From Sulfolobales archaeon (lineage in GTDB: Archaea; Thermoproteota; Thermoprotei_A; Sulfolobales; AG1), in the NCBI GenBank assembly GCA_038867615.1, contig JAWBYA010000001.1, forward strand, positions 384,001-448,000: a DNA stretch of 64,000 nucleotides. Direction: 5' to 3'. The notes under the pieces are model-generated. The model saw only the letters and a list, made by a program, of their open reading frames with translations, had not been told where the DNA came from and made no database searches. The translations under genes were made by a program, and so were the position numbers. Of the stretch, positions 10,740 through 20,956 are shown one piece after another (position 1 is the first letter of the stretch; every line of letters starts with the position of its first letter).

Positions 10740-11465
10740 TTAGCATAGCGAGTGTTCCTCAAAGATCTTTGCGATCTTCATGCCAGCCCTGCTTTTACAT
10801 ATACCCCTTATAACCTCCTCGATGGGCGAGTCACCATCGAATATGGCTTTGAAAAACACCCCTGTCCTCCCCAGCTTATCCCTTCTAGTTAGAACCCTCA
10901 CTCTCTCTGCGACTGTTTCTACAGAGATCCCCAGGATCCTGGCTACCTCTGCTTCATGCCCGATCACGTCTCTCTCTATATGGCCTCTCTCTGTTGGTAT
11001 TATGAGTCTCAGTCTCTTATTAACCCCAGGGACTCTCTGGCCGAGCAGCAGTTGATCCAGGCTGGCCATTCCGCCGAATTTGTAGAACTCATACTCCGTT
11101 GTTGAGGGTTTCCAGAGGTGTTTTGAGACAGAGATCCTGCCCTCTATATCGAGGTATAGATAGAGCACGGGGGTTCTTGTGGGTGTTGCCATAATGATCT
11201 CTCCTCTATAGATCCTCCACTTTCTCTCTATGCATAGTCTGAGGATATTTGTGGGGATATCATGTATGATCGCTATATCAACATCGCTTTCTTTATCGAC
11301 ATCGCCCCTAGCTATAGAGCCGTATGCATAGCCCTCTATACCGCATTCCTTAAGACCCTCGAGGATCTCTATAGCGATTCTCCTAAGCCTATCAAGGATC
11401 CTGAGTCTCTCCTCGTCGTAAATCACCTCAGCAGTCTTTCCCCTAAGATCCACTTTGTCTCTCAA
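10740..11465 (-). CDS. Archaeal Pol-beta-superfamily nucleotidyltransferase (COG2413-like)
   Basis: YGSIARGDVDKESDVDI motif; C-terminal RVPGVNKRL and RRDKLGRTGVF. Confidence 0.8.
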   Translation of the reverse strand: MRDKVDLRGKTAEVIYDEERLRILDRLRRIAIEILEGLKECGIEGYAYGSIARGDVDKESDVDIAIIHDIPTNILRLCIERKWRIYRGEIIMATPTRTPVLYLYLDIEGRISVSKHLWKPSTTEYEFYKFGGMASLDQLLLGQRVPGVNKRLRLIIPTERGHIERDVIGHEAEVARILGISVETVAERVRVLTRRDKLGRTGVFFKAIFDGDSPIEEVIRGICKSRAGMKIAKIFEEHSLC

Positions 11466-11499
11466 TTCCCTATAAATATGGTTATTATGGGGATAAAAA

Positions 11500-12900
11500 C
11501 TAGGCGTTACCCAGGATCCTTTTCACGAGATCCTCGGCTTCTGAGAGGTTATACTCCCTCGCCAGGCCGATCCTGCTGGCCTCGGCAGATCCCTCAGCAT
11601 GGATCATGAGGCCGAGTGCGTAGCCGGCAAGACTGCTCCCCGCAAGCTCCTTAGCGATCTTAAGTACAGCTATCCTTTCCTTCCCATCTACGGCTCCTGC
11701 TAGGTATTTGGCTATGAGGTCGCCGAGCTCTCCCTTGAGATCTTCTTCCGATGGGAGTGTTGAGACTATCCCTCCAACAATGTCTACAAGGGCTTCGAGG
11801 ACTTTTGAGAAGTTTGTGTTGGAGTATAGCTTGGCTATGTTGGTATATAGGGGGTTGGGGATCGCTATACCCTCGTCTATGACAGGGTTTACTGCTGATG
11901 CTATAGCCCCCATCCTCATTATCTCCTTCCATAGAATGATCTCGATGATCCTGCTCCTTATATGTGGGGCTTCAAACACACCGTTAGCCTTAGCTGCGAG
12001 GCTTGCAGCGCCTAGGTAGAGGTTAGCCATAGCAGATCTATATGACACAGCTGTGAATCTATGGTATGTTGCGAAGAGGTTTGCCAGAAGCCCGGCGTAT
12101 TCATGCTCCCTGAACATGAACACCCTATCCCACGGGACAAAGACGTTATCGAATATGGTTAGGGTTTCCAGCTCATAGTCCTTTCTACTTAGGACAGCAC
12201 TGCTATTACCCTCAACCTCGTCTATGGGTCTTACAACCATCCTCAGACCCTTGGTGTTTGCTGGGATGGCGAATGCAACGGCATAGTCTGAATCCTTCGG
12301 CGTCATAGCCCTCGTGGGGATCACTATAATCTCGTCTGAGACGGCTGCTTGGGTTGTGTGGGCTTTGGCGCCTCTAACGATGATTCCATCGCTCCTAACA
12401 TCAACAACCCTTACATATAGATCTGGGTCTCTCTGCTCGTGGGGTCTTTTAGACCTATCACCCTTAACGTCTGTCTGTGCCACTGCTATTGATAGATCGT
12501 TCTTGACTATATATTTATAGTAGTTGATAACCCTCTCGTAATAGTTAGTCCTATACTTAGCATCGATCTTCCTCGATGCTATCATTAGCGCGAAGAGCGC
12601 GTCAGACCCTATAGCCTGCCCTATATTGAAGATCCCGTTGCACTCATAGGTATGCCTATAGATCATTCTATGCCTCTCAAGAAGATCCTCAGAACCTCTG
12701 GGGATTTTATAGTACTTACTTATACTCCCAAGCTCGCTATCGTGGTAAAGCCTATCACCCATTGCGTAGAGCTTTGACAAATGCCTAGCAGCTATGCTTA
12801 GCACAGGATGGCTGGCTATCGAGGTAACCCTAACTCCTCTATACCAGACCTCCCTTCCATCCTCCAACGATGATATATACTCATCCGGGGTTCTAGCCAT
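11500..12900 (-). CDS. 4-hydroxybutyryl-CoA dehydratase / 4-hydroxyphenylacetate 3-hydroxylase family protein (type-2-like, lacks the Fe-S Cys ligands)
   Basis: AQTDVKGDRSKRP, GIIVRGAKAHTT, FDNVFVPWDRVF, HAEGS. Confidence 0.85.
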   Translation of the reverse strand: MARTPDEYISSLEDGREVWYRGVRVTSIASHPVLSIAARHLSKLYAMGDRLYHDSELGSISKYYKIPRGSEDLLERHRMIYRHTYECNGIFNIGQAIGSDALFALMIASRKIDAKYRTNYYERVINYYKYIVKNDLSIAVAQTDVKGDRSKRPHEQRDPDLYVRVVDVRSDGIIVRGAKAHTTQAAVSDEIIVIPTRAMTPKDSDYAVAFAIPANTKGLRMVVRPIDEVEGNSSAVLSRKDYELETLTIFDNVFVPWDRVFMFREHEYAGLLANLFATYHRFTAVSYRSAMANLYLGAASLAAKANGVFEAPHIRSRIIEIILWKEIMRMGAIASAVNPVIDEGIAIPNPLYTNIAKLYSNTNFSKVLEALVDIVGGIVSTLPSEEDLKGELGDLIAKYLAGAVDGKERIAVLKIAKELAGSSLAGYALGLMIHAEGSAEASRIGLAREYNLSEAEDLVKRILGNA

Positions 12901-13136
12901 AGAGATCCCCGGGGGAGTTATTAATGGGGATATTATAAATAAACAACGGCTCGTGGGTATTTCTTTAATAGCTATCTCTTCATAGTTATAGGAGAGCTTT
13001 ATCTCGATTAGCCTGGTATTTAATATTAATGTCGTGTCAGATATGCTTGGATCTCAGATATTGTTAAGCCAAATATGATGTGACAAGGTTTGTTGAAAAA
13101 CCAACATAGCCGCTATAATGTGGAGTGTGTCTAGGC

Positions 13137-13841
13137 TTATACGAATAGGTGTTTTTTGATTATGTCGAGCTCTCCTTCGGCTTTCTCCTTCTCGCCGAAA
13201 TAGACGATCCTCCCGCTGCTCATCACAGAGATCTTTGTCGCTATCCCCATAATGTGCTGGAGTTTTGTTCCAGACTCTATGAGGATTATCGTCATACCCC
13301 TCTTCTTTAGTGTGTCGAGCATGCTGTGGATCCTTTTAACCATAAGCGGCATGACACCTTCTGTTGGCTCGTCTAGGAGGAGGATCTCTGATCCTGTGAG
13401 CAGCGACCTGAGAATAGATACTATCTTGCGCTCGCCCCCGCTTAGGAGATCTGCTCTTCTGTTCAGCAGCCCCTTGATCTCTGGGTAGATATCCTCTAGG
13501 GGTTCTGTGGAGAAGTTCTTTTTACCAGCCGCTAGTCTTAGATTATCCATGACGCTCATTCCCGGGAATAGGCCTGCGTCGTCGGGTACATAGAATATGC
13601 CTCTCTTAGCTATCTCGTGGGGCTTGAGCCTCGATATATCCTCGTCTCTGAATAGGATCTCGCCTCTTCTGGTCACCTCTATACCCATGATTGATTTTAG
13701 CAGTGTTGTCTTGCCAACACCGTTTCTACCTAGCACTGCTACTATGTCGCCGCGATCCACTGGTAGGCTTACCTTGTGGAGTACATGGGCTCTGCCGTAG
13801 AACGCGTCTAGGCTTCTTATAGTTAGGAGGCTACTCGCCAA
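13137..13841 (-). CDS. LivF-type ABC transporter ATP-binding protein
   Basis: Walker A GRNGVGKTT, LSGGE signature, LLLDEPTEG. Confidence 0.9.
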   Translation of the reverse strand: MASSLLTIRSLDAFYGRAHVLHKVSLPVDRGDIVAVLGRNGVGKTTLLKSIMGIEVTRRGEILFRDEDISRLKPHEIAKRGIFYVPDDAGLFPGMSVMDNLRLAAGKKNFSTEPLEDIYPEIKGLLNRRADLLSGGERKIVSILRSLLTGSEILLLDEPTEGVMPLMVKRIHSMLDTLKKRGMTIILIESGTKLQHIMGIATKISVMSSGRIVYFGEKEKAEGELDIIKKHLFV

Positions 13842-14538
13842 GGTAGATCTCCCTCACACGCTTATCTTCAGCAATATCGTTGGGGCTTCCTTCTGCAAGA
13901 ACCTCGCCTCTGTTCATTACAATTATCCTCTTGGATATATTAAACACCACGTCCATGTCGTGCTCGACAAGAACGATCGGTATTTCGGAGCCCAGGCTCT
14001 TTATAACCGAGATCACCTCCTCCTTCTCATTAATATTAAGGCCTGCTGTTGGCTCGTCTAGGAATAATAGCTTGGGTTTTGTTGCAAGGGCTACGGCTAT
14101 CTCAACAACCCTCTGGATGCCGTGGGGTAGTTTGTAGACCTCTAGATCTCTGTATTTTTCTAGATACAGCTTGCTCAAGATACTATCGACATCGGGGTTT
14201 GAGTTCTTACCCCTCGAGAGCGAGGCTATCAATACATTCTGATAGACAGTCAGCGATGTGAATAGGTTTATTAACTGGAATGTTCTCGCTATCCCTAGCT
14301 TCACGATCTTGTGGGGGCTCATGCCGGTTATATCTATGCCCATGAAGAGCACTTTACCCTTATCGGGTTTAAGCCTCCCGGTAATGACATTTATAAGTGT
14401 TGTCTTGCCAGCACCGTTGGGGCCTATTATAGATGTTATTCCGTCGCTGAAGATCGATAGGTTCACGCCGTTTAATGCTGCGAAGTCGCCGAACTTCTTA
14501 ACTACACCCTCAACCCTGAGGATCTCCCTGCCCTCCAT
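13831..14538 (-). CDS. LivG-type ABC transporter ATP-binding protein
   Basis: GPNGAGKTT, ARTFQ, LDEPTAG, VEHDM. Confidence 0.9.
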   Translation of the reverse strand: MEGREILRVEGVVKKFGDFAALNGVNLSIFSDGITSIIGPNGAGKTTLINVITGRLKPDKGKVLFMGIDITGMSPHKIVKLGIARTFQLINLFTSLTVYQNVLIASLSRGKNSNPDVDSILSKLYLEKYRDLEVYKLPHGIQRVVEIAVALATKPKLLFLDEPTAGLNINEKEEVISVIKSLGSEIPIVLVEHDMDVVFNISKRIIVMNRGEVLAEGSPNDIAEDKRVREIYLGE

Positions 14539-15482
14539 ATCCTTTCAACCACCTCCGCGATACCTCCCCTAGATCCGAGAATAAGGCTTGCGAGGATCAA
14601 TCCTAGCATGAGTTGCCATATATCGGCTATTCTTGCTACAAGTGTGGTTATAACTATAAAGATCAGGGATCCCAGGATGGGTCCTGCAAAGAACTTAGAA
14701 CCCCCTATTAGTGTTGCTACAAGGGGCTCTGCACTTGTTGTCCAGTAAGCAAGGTCAGGGGTTATAACTCCCATCAATAGTGCGTAGAGCGCTCCAGCAG
14801 CTCCTGCCACACTTCCCGAGATTATGAATGCAATCATCCTGAGCCTGTATACCGAGTGGCCTGTATATGGCATGAAGTCCTCGTTAACCCCTAGTCCTCT
14901 TATAAGGAGACCATATCTGGATCTATGGAACAGGTATAGCAGGATCAGTATTAATGCGAAGGCTCCGTATATGAAGTAATACCTAGCAACAGGATCCATG
15001 ATGTTTACTATGAAGCCGCTTCTAGGTATGCCTGCTATCCCGTCACTCCCACCTGTAACGCTCCTCCATTTTATGAGGAGTGCGTAGAGGAGCATTCCAA
15101 AGGCTAGTGTGAGCATTGCGAAGTAGATCTTGCTATGCCTCAGTGTTAAGGCGCCAACGGCGAGGGCTAGGATTGCGGATGTTGCTAAAGCCACTAGAAC
15201 GCCTATAAAGGGGTCTCTGATGACGTTTATCGTGAAGAGGGCTAGGCTATAGGCGCCGGCAGCATAGAATAAAGCATGTCCAAAGCTTAGGAGGCCTGCG
15301 TATCCGAAGAGTATGTTGTACGAGAGCGAGAATATAGATAATATCATGAAGAGTGATGATAGGTAGAGGTAAAATGGATCCCTGGTTAGGGGGATTATGA
15401 GTAGTGATATGAGTAATAGGATGATTATATATACCAACGGATCTCTGGGCATCATCTTCACAGGATCATCACCTCTCTCCAA
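14502..15482 (-). CDS. LivM-type ABC permease
   Basis: GYAGLLSFGHALFY, YFAMLTLAF, TGGSDG. Confidence 0.9.
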   Translation of the reverse strand: MERGDDPVKMMPRDPLVYIIILLLISLLIIPLTRDPFYLYLSSLFMILSIFSLSYNILFGYAGLLSFGHALFYAAGAYSLALFTINVIRDPFIGVLVALATSAILALAVGALTLRHSKIYFAMLTLAFGMLLYALLIKWRSVTGGSDGIAGIPRSGFIVNIMDPVARYYFIYGAFALILILLYLFHRSRYGLLIRGLGVNEDFMPYTGHSVYRLRMIAFIISGSVAGAAGALYALLMGVITPDLAYWTTSAEPLVATLIGGSKFFAGPILGSLIFIVITTLVARIADIWQLMLGLILASLILGSRGGIAEVVERIWRAGRSSGLRV

Positions 15483-16332
15483 AGATTCCCTGCGGCCTTA
15501 CTAGTAGCGAGATAGCCATTATGAGGTATATTAGCAGGAGATCTATCTCTGGTAAATAGAGCGTAAAGAGACTCTCCGAAACACCTATTATAATTGACAC
15601 TATATATGCTCCCAGCAGGTTACCCATGCCAGCTATTACCGTGACTATAAAGGCAGATACTATTAAAAAGTCCCCGAGGCCTGGAACCACGGGTGAGAAC
15701 GCGACTATCAACGCTCCCCCCATGCCGGATATAACGCATCCGAGGAAGAATACTGAGGAGTAGATAGTGCTTGTATTTATCCTTAAGGACTCAGCTACCT
15801 CGGGCCTCCTCCACGTAGCCCTCACCTTCAGGCCCCACATGGTGTTGTTGATCAGGATCGCCATCGCTATATATACGGCGAGACCAATGGCTATTATTAG
15901 GATCACGTAGAGGGGGAATACTCTTCCAAATACATTCACGCCCAGGCTAAGGATATCTGGTAGCGGTACAGATACTGGGAGCGTGCCCCAAAATATCTTT
16001 GATAGATCGTTTATTATTAGAGCTACTGCAAAGGTCATCAATAGCTGGTATGTGGACTCCACCTTATAGAGGGGCTTTAGAAGGAACCTCTCGACCAGAA
16101 GTCCTATAAGTCCTACTGAGAGGGCTGAGAGAGGTACGGCTATCCAGAAATTCCCCACGATCGTATAGAATGTGAATGCTATATAGCCTCCGAGCACTAG
16201 AAGCACTGCTTGTGCAAAGTTAACCACCCTTAGCACGCCAAAAATCAAGGTTAAGCCTGAGGCTATTAACCAGTATATGGATGCTCTGTAGAGGCCTGTG
16301 ACTATTTGGTAAAAAATGGGCGATAGATCCAC
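15469..16332 (-). CDS. LivH-type ABC permease
   Basis: SGLTLIFGVLRVVNFA, RPQGIFG. Confidence 0.9.
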   Translation of the reverse strand: MDLSPIFYQIVTGLYRASIYWLIASGLTLIFGVLRVVNFAQAVLLVLGGYIAFTFYTIVGNFWIAVPLSALSVGLIGLLVERFLLKPLYKVESTYQLLMTFAVALIINDLSKIFWGTLPVSVPLPDILSLGVNVFGRVFPLYVILIIAIGLAVYIAMAILINNTMWGLKVRATWRRPEVAESLRINTSTIYSSVFFLGCVISGMGGALIVAFSPVVPGLGDFLIVSAFIVTVIAGMGNLLGAYIVSIIIGVSESLFTLYLPEIDLLLIYLIMAISLLVRPQGIFGER

Positions 16333-16346
16333 CTATGTTCAACCCC

Positions 16347-17732
16347 CTATTCTATGAGGGGGATTTTATAATCAGGCGGCGATCTATAGTATAGAAACGC
16401 TGGGACGGCCCTTATATCTGTTAACAGAGGCATATCACCGCCAACGTTGATGACTTCTCCAGAGACTCTTCCGTAGGGCACCTCATATACGGCTTGGTGA
16501 TCCTGGGGTCTTATCCATCTAACGCCTGCGGGCGATACGATCACCATGCCTTCCATAGCCTTAACGAGGGTATCGAGATCTAGGGTGCCTGTCTTCTCGA
16601 TAGCAGCCTTTAACAGGTATATAGCTGTGTATGTGGTTTCTGAGGAATATGCTGGGAGCCTTCCCCACCTCTTTACGAAGGTATCGACAAACCTCTTGTT
16701 AATATCTGTGGGTGGGTAGAACCATGCGTACCTACCACTAATCCACATGCCGTTGGGTAGCTGTGGATAGGCTTTCCCAAGGCCATAGGCCACATCGACA
16801 GAATATCCCATGGGGTTAAAGACCGCCTTGAGCTTTCTATAAAGGCCGAGCTCTACCGCTTGTTTGTGGAAGGTGACAGCCTCTATGGCCCAGTTGGTTG
16901 TGAAGAGCCCCTCGGCATCTGTCGCCATGACAGCGCTTATCCATTTGCTGAAGTCCGTAGTACCTGGGGAGGGGTTCCACTGCTCTGATACGAACTCTAC
17001 CTCTGGTCTGAGTTTCTTGAGGGTTGTTTTGAAGAATTCCCACGATACTCTTCCGTACTCGTAGTCTGGGTTTATCCCGGCCCACTTCTTAACAGGGAGA
17101 TCCTTTGCTATCCATGCGGCCAGTATTCCGTCCTGATAGACGGGAACCGATACCCTGAATATGTGTTTTATCCCTTGCTTATACACTAGCTCCTCGGTTG
17201 CTCTGTGGGTTGCTGCGTGGGTTAGGATCAGTATCCTGTTCAGCTCGGGCATTATGGGGCCGACTCTCATGGCGTTACCGCTGGAATCGATACCGACGAT
17301 GAAGTCAACTTTCTCTTGCTCAACAAGCTCTCTAGCCTGTTTAACGGCATCGGCGGCCTCGTCTCTTATGGAGAGCTCTATCTTAGCACCCAGGATCCCT
17401 CCCGCGGCGTTTATCTCTTCCGCAGCTAACCTGGCCCCCTGTTCTATAAGTGTCCCATATGTAGCCCAGGTACCGCTTCTAATCCCCATAACACCTATCT
17501 TTATAGTATCTTTTGGTAGCTTGGCGACGGGGGCTTCTGTCTTTGTCACTGTTCTTGTCTCTGTGACTGTTACTGTTGCTCCTCCAGGTCCTGTTTGTGT
17601 TATTGTTGTTGTTTTTAGTACTTCTCTAACCCTCTCGGGTGCTAGTGTGAGTCCTCCTGCGGCTCCTATAGCTAGGCCTACGATCCCGGCTCCTATAATT
17701 TTGATAGCGGATCTCCTACCCTCGTTGGTCAA
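16347..17732 (-). CDS. Branched-chain/aromatic-acid-type ABC substrate-binding protein with a twin-arginine N-terminal anchor and Thr-rich linker
   Basis: N-terminal GRRSAIK followed by a hydrophobic helix; TTTITQT..TVTVTETRTVT linker; EEINAAGGILG, DYEYG, IRPQDHQA. Confidence 0.88.
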   Translation of the reverse strand: MTNEGRRSAIKIIGAGIVGLAIGAAGGLTLAPERVREVLKTTTITQTGPGGATVTVTETRTVTKTEAPVAKLPKDTIKIGVMGIRSGTWATYGTLIEQGARLAAEEINAAGGILGAKIELSIRDEAADAVKQARELVEQEKVDFIVGIDSSGNAMRVGPIMPELNRILILTHAATHRATEELVYKQGIKHIFRVSVPVYQDGILAAWIAKDLPVKKWAGINPDYEYGRVSWEFFKTTLKKLRPEVEFVSEQWNPSPGTTDFSKWISAVMATDAEGLFTTNWAIEAVTFHKQAVELGLYRKLKAVFNPMGYSVDVAYGLGKAYPQLPNGMWISGRYAWFYPPTDINKRFVDTFVKRWGRLPAYSSETTYTAIYLLKAAIEKTGTLDLDTLVKAMEGMVIVSPAGVRWIRPQDHQAVYEVPYGRVSGEVINVGGDMPLLTDIRAVPAFLYYRSPPDYKIPLIE

Positions 17733-17860
17733 TATATATCACCACTAATCCTCTAGATTCGGAATATATATATCATTATAATAGAGGATCTTAATAGATC
17801 ATTGCTATTATTATGTTTATTTTAAGGGCTTTTAGTTAGATAGATATTGGGGAGAATACT

Positions 17861-19483
17861 ATGTTTATGCTTAATATACGGCATATACTTGAGAGGGCGA
17901 GGCTATATTTTGGGAGAAAGGAGGTTGTGTCGAGAACCGATGAGGGGTATGTGAGGTATACGTATAGGGATATGTTTGATAGGGTGTGCAGACTGATCAA
18001 CGCCTTAGAGGGTCTCGGTATAGGGTATGGGGATAGGGTTGCTAGTATGGCTTGGAATACCCATAGGCATCTGGAACTCCACTTCGCTGCCCCGGTAATG
18101 GGTGCTGTGCTCCATACCGTGAATCTGAGGTATAGTCCTGAGGAGATGATCTATACGATCAATAAGGCTGGGGATAGGATTCTCTTCATAGATCCCGACA
18201 TGATACCCACGGTTAGGAAGATCTTGGAGAAGCTTGAGACTGTTGAGAGCGTTGTTATCATGTCCTCCAAGGGTCACGAAGATCTAGGTTTTAACAAGCC
18301 GGTCTATATATACGAAGAGCTTCTAGAGAAATCCAGCAGTGAGTGTAAGTTAAGGGATGTTGATGAGAACTCCCCGGCTGCTATGTGCTTCACGTCAGGG
18401 ACAACGGGCTTTCCTAAGGGTGTTATCTATACCCACAGAGGGATCTTTCTCAGGAGTCTTGCCACATGCCTAGCAGACACCTACGCCCTCTCGGAGAGGG
18501 ATGTTATACTCCACATAGTACCTATGTTCCATATCAGTAGCTGGTTCATGCCATATGCAGCAACACTTGTTGGGGCTAAGCAGGTTCTCCCAGGGCCGAG
18601 GCCTAGGCCCGAGATCATATACGATCTGATCAAGAAGGAGGGCGTGACCGTGAGCGATGGCGCCCCAACCGTGTGGATCGATTTCCTCAACTATCTAAGA
18701 ACCCTTGGTGAGAAGAACATAGAGCCCTTGAGGAAGCTAATAATAGGTGGGTCAGCCCCTCCAAAAGCCCTTATAAAGAGCTACTGGGAGCTCGGTGTTG
18801 AGGTATACCACGCGTGGGGTATGACCGAGACCTATGACTCGGCTATCGCGTTTACCAGGCCTAAGAGCTACCTGGATGATCTCTCTGAGGAGGCTAGGTT
18901 AGGCTTGATTGCTAAGCAGGGTCTCCCATTCCCAGGAATAGAGGTTATGGTTGTGGATGAGAGTAGAAAGCCCCTACCATGGGATGGTAAGTCTATCGGG
19001 GAGCTCTTGATAAGGGGTGCATGGGTTGCTGAGGAGTATTACGGAGATCCTGAGGCTACTAAGAAGTCCTTCGTTAATGGATGGCTCAGAACAGGGGATC
19101 TTGTTACAATAGATGGGGAGGGCTATATAGAGATTGTTGACAGAGTTAAGGATGTGATCAAGAGTGGCGGTGAGTGGATATCCTCGGTGAGGGTGGAGAA
19201 CGAGGCTATGGCCCACCCAGCTGTTCTAGAAGCGGTAGCCATAGCTGTTCCCCACCCGAGGTGGGGCGAGAGACCCCTGCTAATAGTAAAGCTTAGAGAA
19301 GGCTATGCCGGCAAGGTTTCGAAGGAGGATATACTTGGCTTTCTCCGAGAGAGGCTTCTCAAATGGTGGGTTCCGGATGATGTTGTCTTTGTTGACGAGA
19401 TACCCAAGACAGGGACTGGGAAGTTTGATAAGAAGGTTCTGAGGGAGAGGTTTAAAGACTATTACAGGGGTTCTGGTTTATGA
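17861..19483 (+). CDS. Long/medium-chain fatty acid--CoA ligase
   Basis: FTSGTTGFPKG, AWGMTET, RTGD, IKSGGEWISS, PKTGTGKFDK. Confidence 0.92.
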   Translation: MFMLNIRHILERARLYFGRKEVVSRTDEGYVRYTYRDMFDRVCRLINALEGLGIGYGDRVASMAWNTHRHLELHFAAPVMGAVLHTVNLRYSPEEMIYTINKAGDRILFIDPDMIPTVRKILEKLETVESVVIMSSKGHEDLGFNKPVYIYEELLEKSSSECKLRDVDENSPAAMCFTSGTTGFPKGVIYTHRGIFLRSLATCLADTYALSERDVILHIVPMFHISSWFMPYAATLVGAKQVLPGPRPRPEIIYDLIKKEGVTVSDGAPTVWIDFLNYLRTLGEKNIEPLRKLIIGGSAPPKALIKSYWELGVEVYHAWGMTETYDSAIAFTRPKSYLDDLSEEARLGLIAKQGLPFPGIEVMVVDESRKPLPWDGKSIGELLIRGAWVAEEYYGDPEATKKSFVNGWLRTGDLVTIDGEGYIEIVDRVKDVIKSGGEWISSVRVENEAMAHPAVLEAVAIAVPHPRWGERPLLIVKLREGYAGKVSKEDILGFLRERLLKWWVPDDVVFVDEIPKTGTGKFDKKVLRERFKDYYRGSGL

Positions 19484-20250
19484 AGGGATGGGTGGCTATT
19501 GTAACAGGGTCTGGCAGGGGTATTGGTAGGGCTATAGCCCTCAGGCTTGGTAGAGAAGGTCTAAAGGTTGTTGTGAATGCTAAGAAGGGTTATGAGGAGG
19601 CTGTGGAGACTGCGGAGCTCATAAGATCGAGGGGTGGCGAGGCTATACCGATCCTCGCTGATGTCTCTACCAGGGAGGGGTGTAGACAGCTTGTTGAGGA
19701 GGCTGTTAAGAATTACGGGAGGCTTGATGTTCTTGTCAACAACGCTGGGTTGGGTTTATACGCGCCCTTCACGGAGCAGAGTGATTCGATGATAGAAAAG
19801 GTTCTCTCCGTATCTCTTAAATCAGCTATATATTGCTCCCAGGAGGCTGCGAGGGTTATGGAGAGCGGGTCTATAATAAACATAGCATCTATAGCTGGTA
19901 TAGAGCCTCTCTACGGGCTCTCGATATATAGCGCTGCTAAGGCCGGTGTTATAGCCCTCACAAGGGCTCTTGCAGTAGAGCTTGCACCAAGGATCAGGGT
20001 TAACGCCATAGCTCCCGGGGTTGTGAGGACAAAGATGGGTGATAGCCTCTTAAAAGTCCTCGGACTAAACGAGGATGAATATATTGAGAGATACACGCTT
20101 CTCAAAAGATTCGTAGAGCCCGAGGATATAGCCGAGGCTACTGTATTCATACTCAAAACACCCTCTCTCACCGGACAGGTTATAGTGCTCGACTCAGGCA
20201 TGGGTCTTGTGTCATCTATGATGAGGGGATCTGGGTCTAGAAGCTCTTGA
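19480..20250 (+). CDS. Short-chain dehydrogenase/reductase (FabG-like)
   Basis: TGSGRGIG, NNAG, S..YSAAK catalytic motif, NAIAPG. Confidence 0.92.
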   Translation: MKGWVAIVTGSGRGIGRAIALRLGREGLKVVVNAKKGYEEAVETAELIRSRGGEAIPILADVSTREGCRQLVEEAVKNYGRLDVLVNNAGLGLYAPFTEQSDSMIEKVLSVSLKSAIYCSQEAARVMESGSIINIASIAGIEPLYGLSIYSAAKAGVIALTRALAVELAPRIRVNAIAPGVVRTKMGDSLLKVLGLNEDEYIERYTLLKRFVEPEDIAEATVFILKTPSLTGQVIVLDSGMGLVSSMMRGSGSRSS

Positions 20251-20395
20251 TCCTCTTCTCTCCCCACATTATTTTCGTTCTTCTTAGCACTATGCTGGTT
20301 AGCGAGCCTGCCGAGATCCACGATCCCTACGAGATCATATACGGCAATACCAGGGTTCGGGTTTCATTGCGGTTAGTTCTTTTTAGCATTCTCAC

Positions 20396-20869
20396 TTATT
20401 GCTGCATCCCGATCCTGCTTTTGGGTTTTCCACTATGGCGGTATATGTATCTCTTTGTTAATATCGATGAATAGCTCTGCGAGATCATTAGGTAGATCGT
20501 TCTTAACCAGTAAGTGATCCTTGAGACTAGATCATTATTCTCTATTCTCGGCTCGCACCCCGGGGGTTTAGGGTCTAGGAAAGCGTTGCTCCCAGGCCTT
20601 GCTACTGAGATCAGGGATTCGAGTATTATTGGTGGTAGTATGCTTATTCCTCCTCTTATTTTCTTGCTATCTATGAGCCAGGGCATTGAGCTGTAGATCT
20701 CCTCGTTGCCGCCTAGAATATCGAGGATCTTTGATCTATATTCTCCGGCCTCTTCGGAATACATGCCGAGGATCTTGATCCTGCCTCTAGTGATCCTCCA
20801 AGCTATCCTGGCCATTCTATAGCATATCGAGCATCTATCATTATAGAGAAGGATTTTTTCCAAATACAC
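20396..20869 (-). CDS. DCC1/DUF393-like thiol-disulfide oxidoreductase family protein
   Basis: N-terminal LLYNDRCSICYR resembles the DxxCxxC start of the family. Confidence 0.5.
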   Translation of the reverse strand: MYLEKILLYNDRCSICYRMARIAWRITRGRIKILGMYSEEAGEYRSKILDILGGNEEIYSSMPWLIDSKKIRGGISILPPIILESLISVARPGSNAFLDPKPPGCEPRIENNDLVSRITYWLRTIYLMISQSYSSILTKRYIYRHSGKPKSRIGMQQ

Positions 20870-20956
20870 ACCTAGCTATAGATCGCTGCAGGGTTATTAT
20901 AATCCCATAGCTATTACTTATAAGCCTTGATATATCGCTAAAAACCATGGAGGACT

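Noticed and set aside
11500-12900. Marker of a 4-hydroxybutyrate carbon-fixation cycle
   Set aside because: The Fe-S-binding cysteines of active 4-hydroxybutyryl-CoA dehydratases are absent.
13137-13841. Missing switch His in both LivF-type ATPases (IES, VET)
   Set aside because: LivF subunits commonly lack the canonical His at this position, so this is not good evidence of inactivity.
17161-17748. Long antisense ORFs in the track (for example 17161-17748, 37688-38269, 39977-40459, 63530-63958)
   Set aside because: They are shadows of well-supported genes on the opposite strand and have no motifs of their own.
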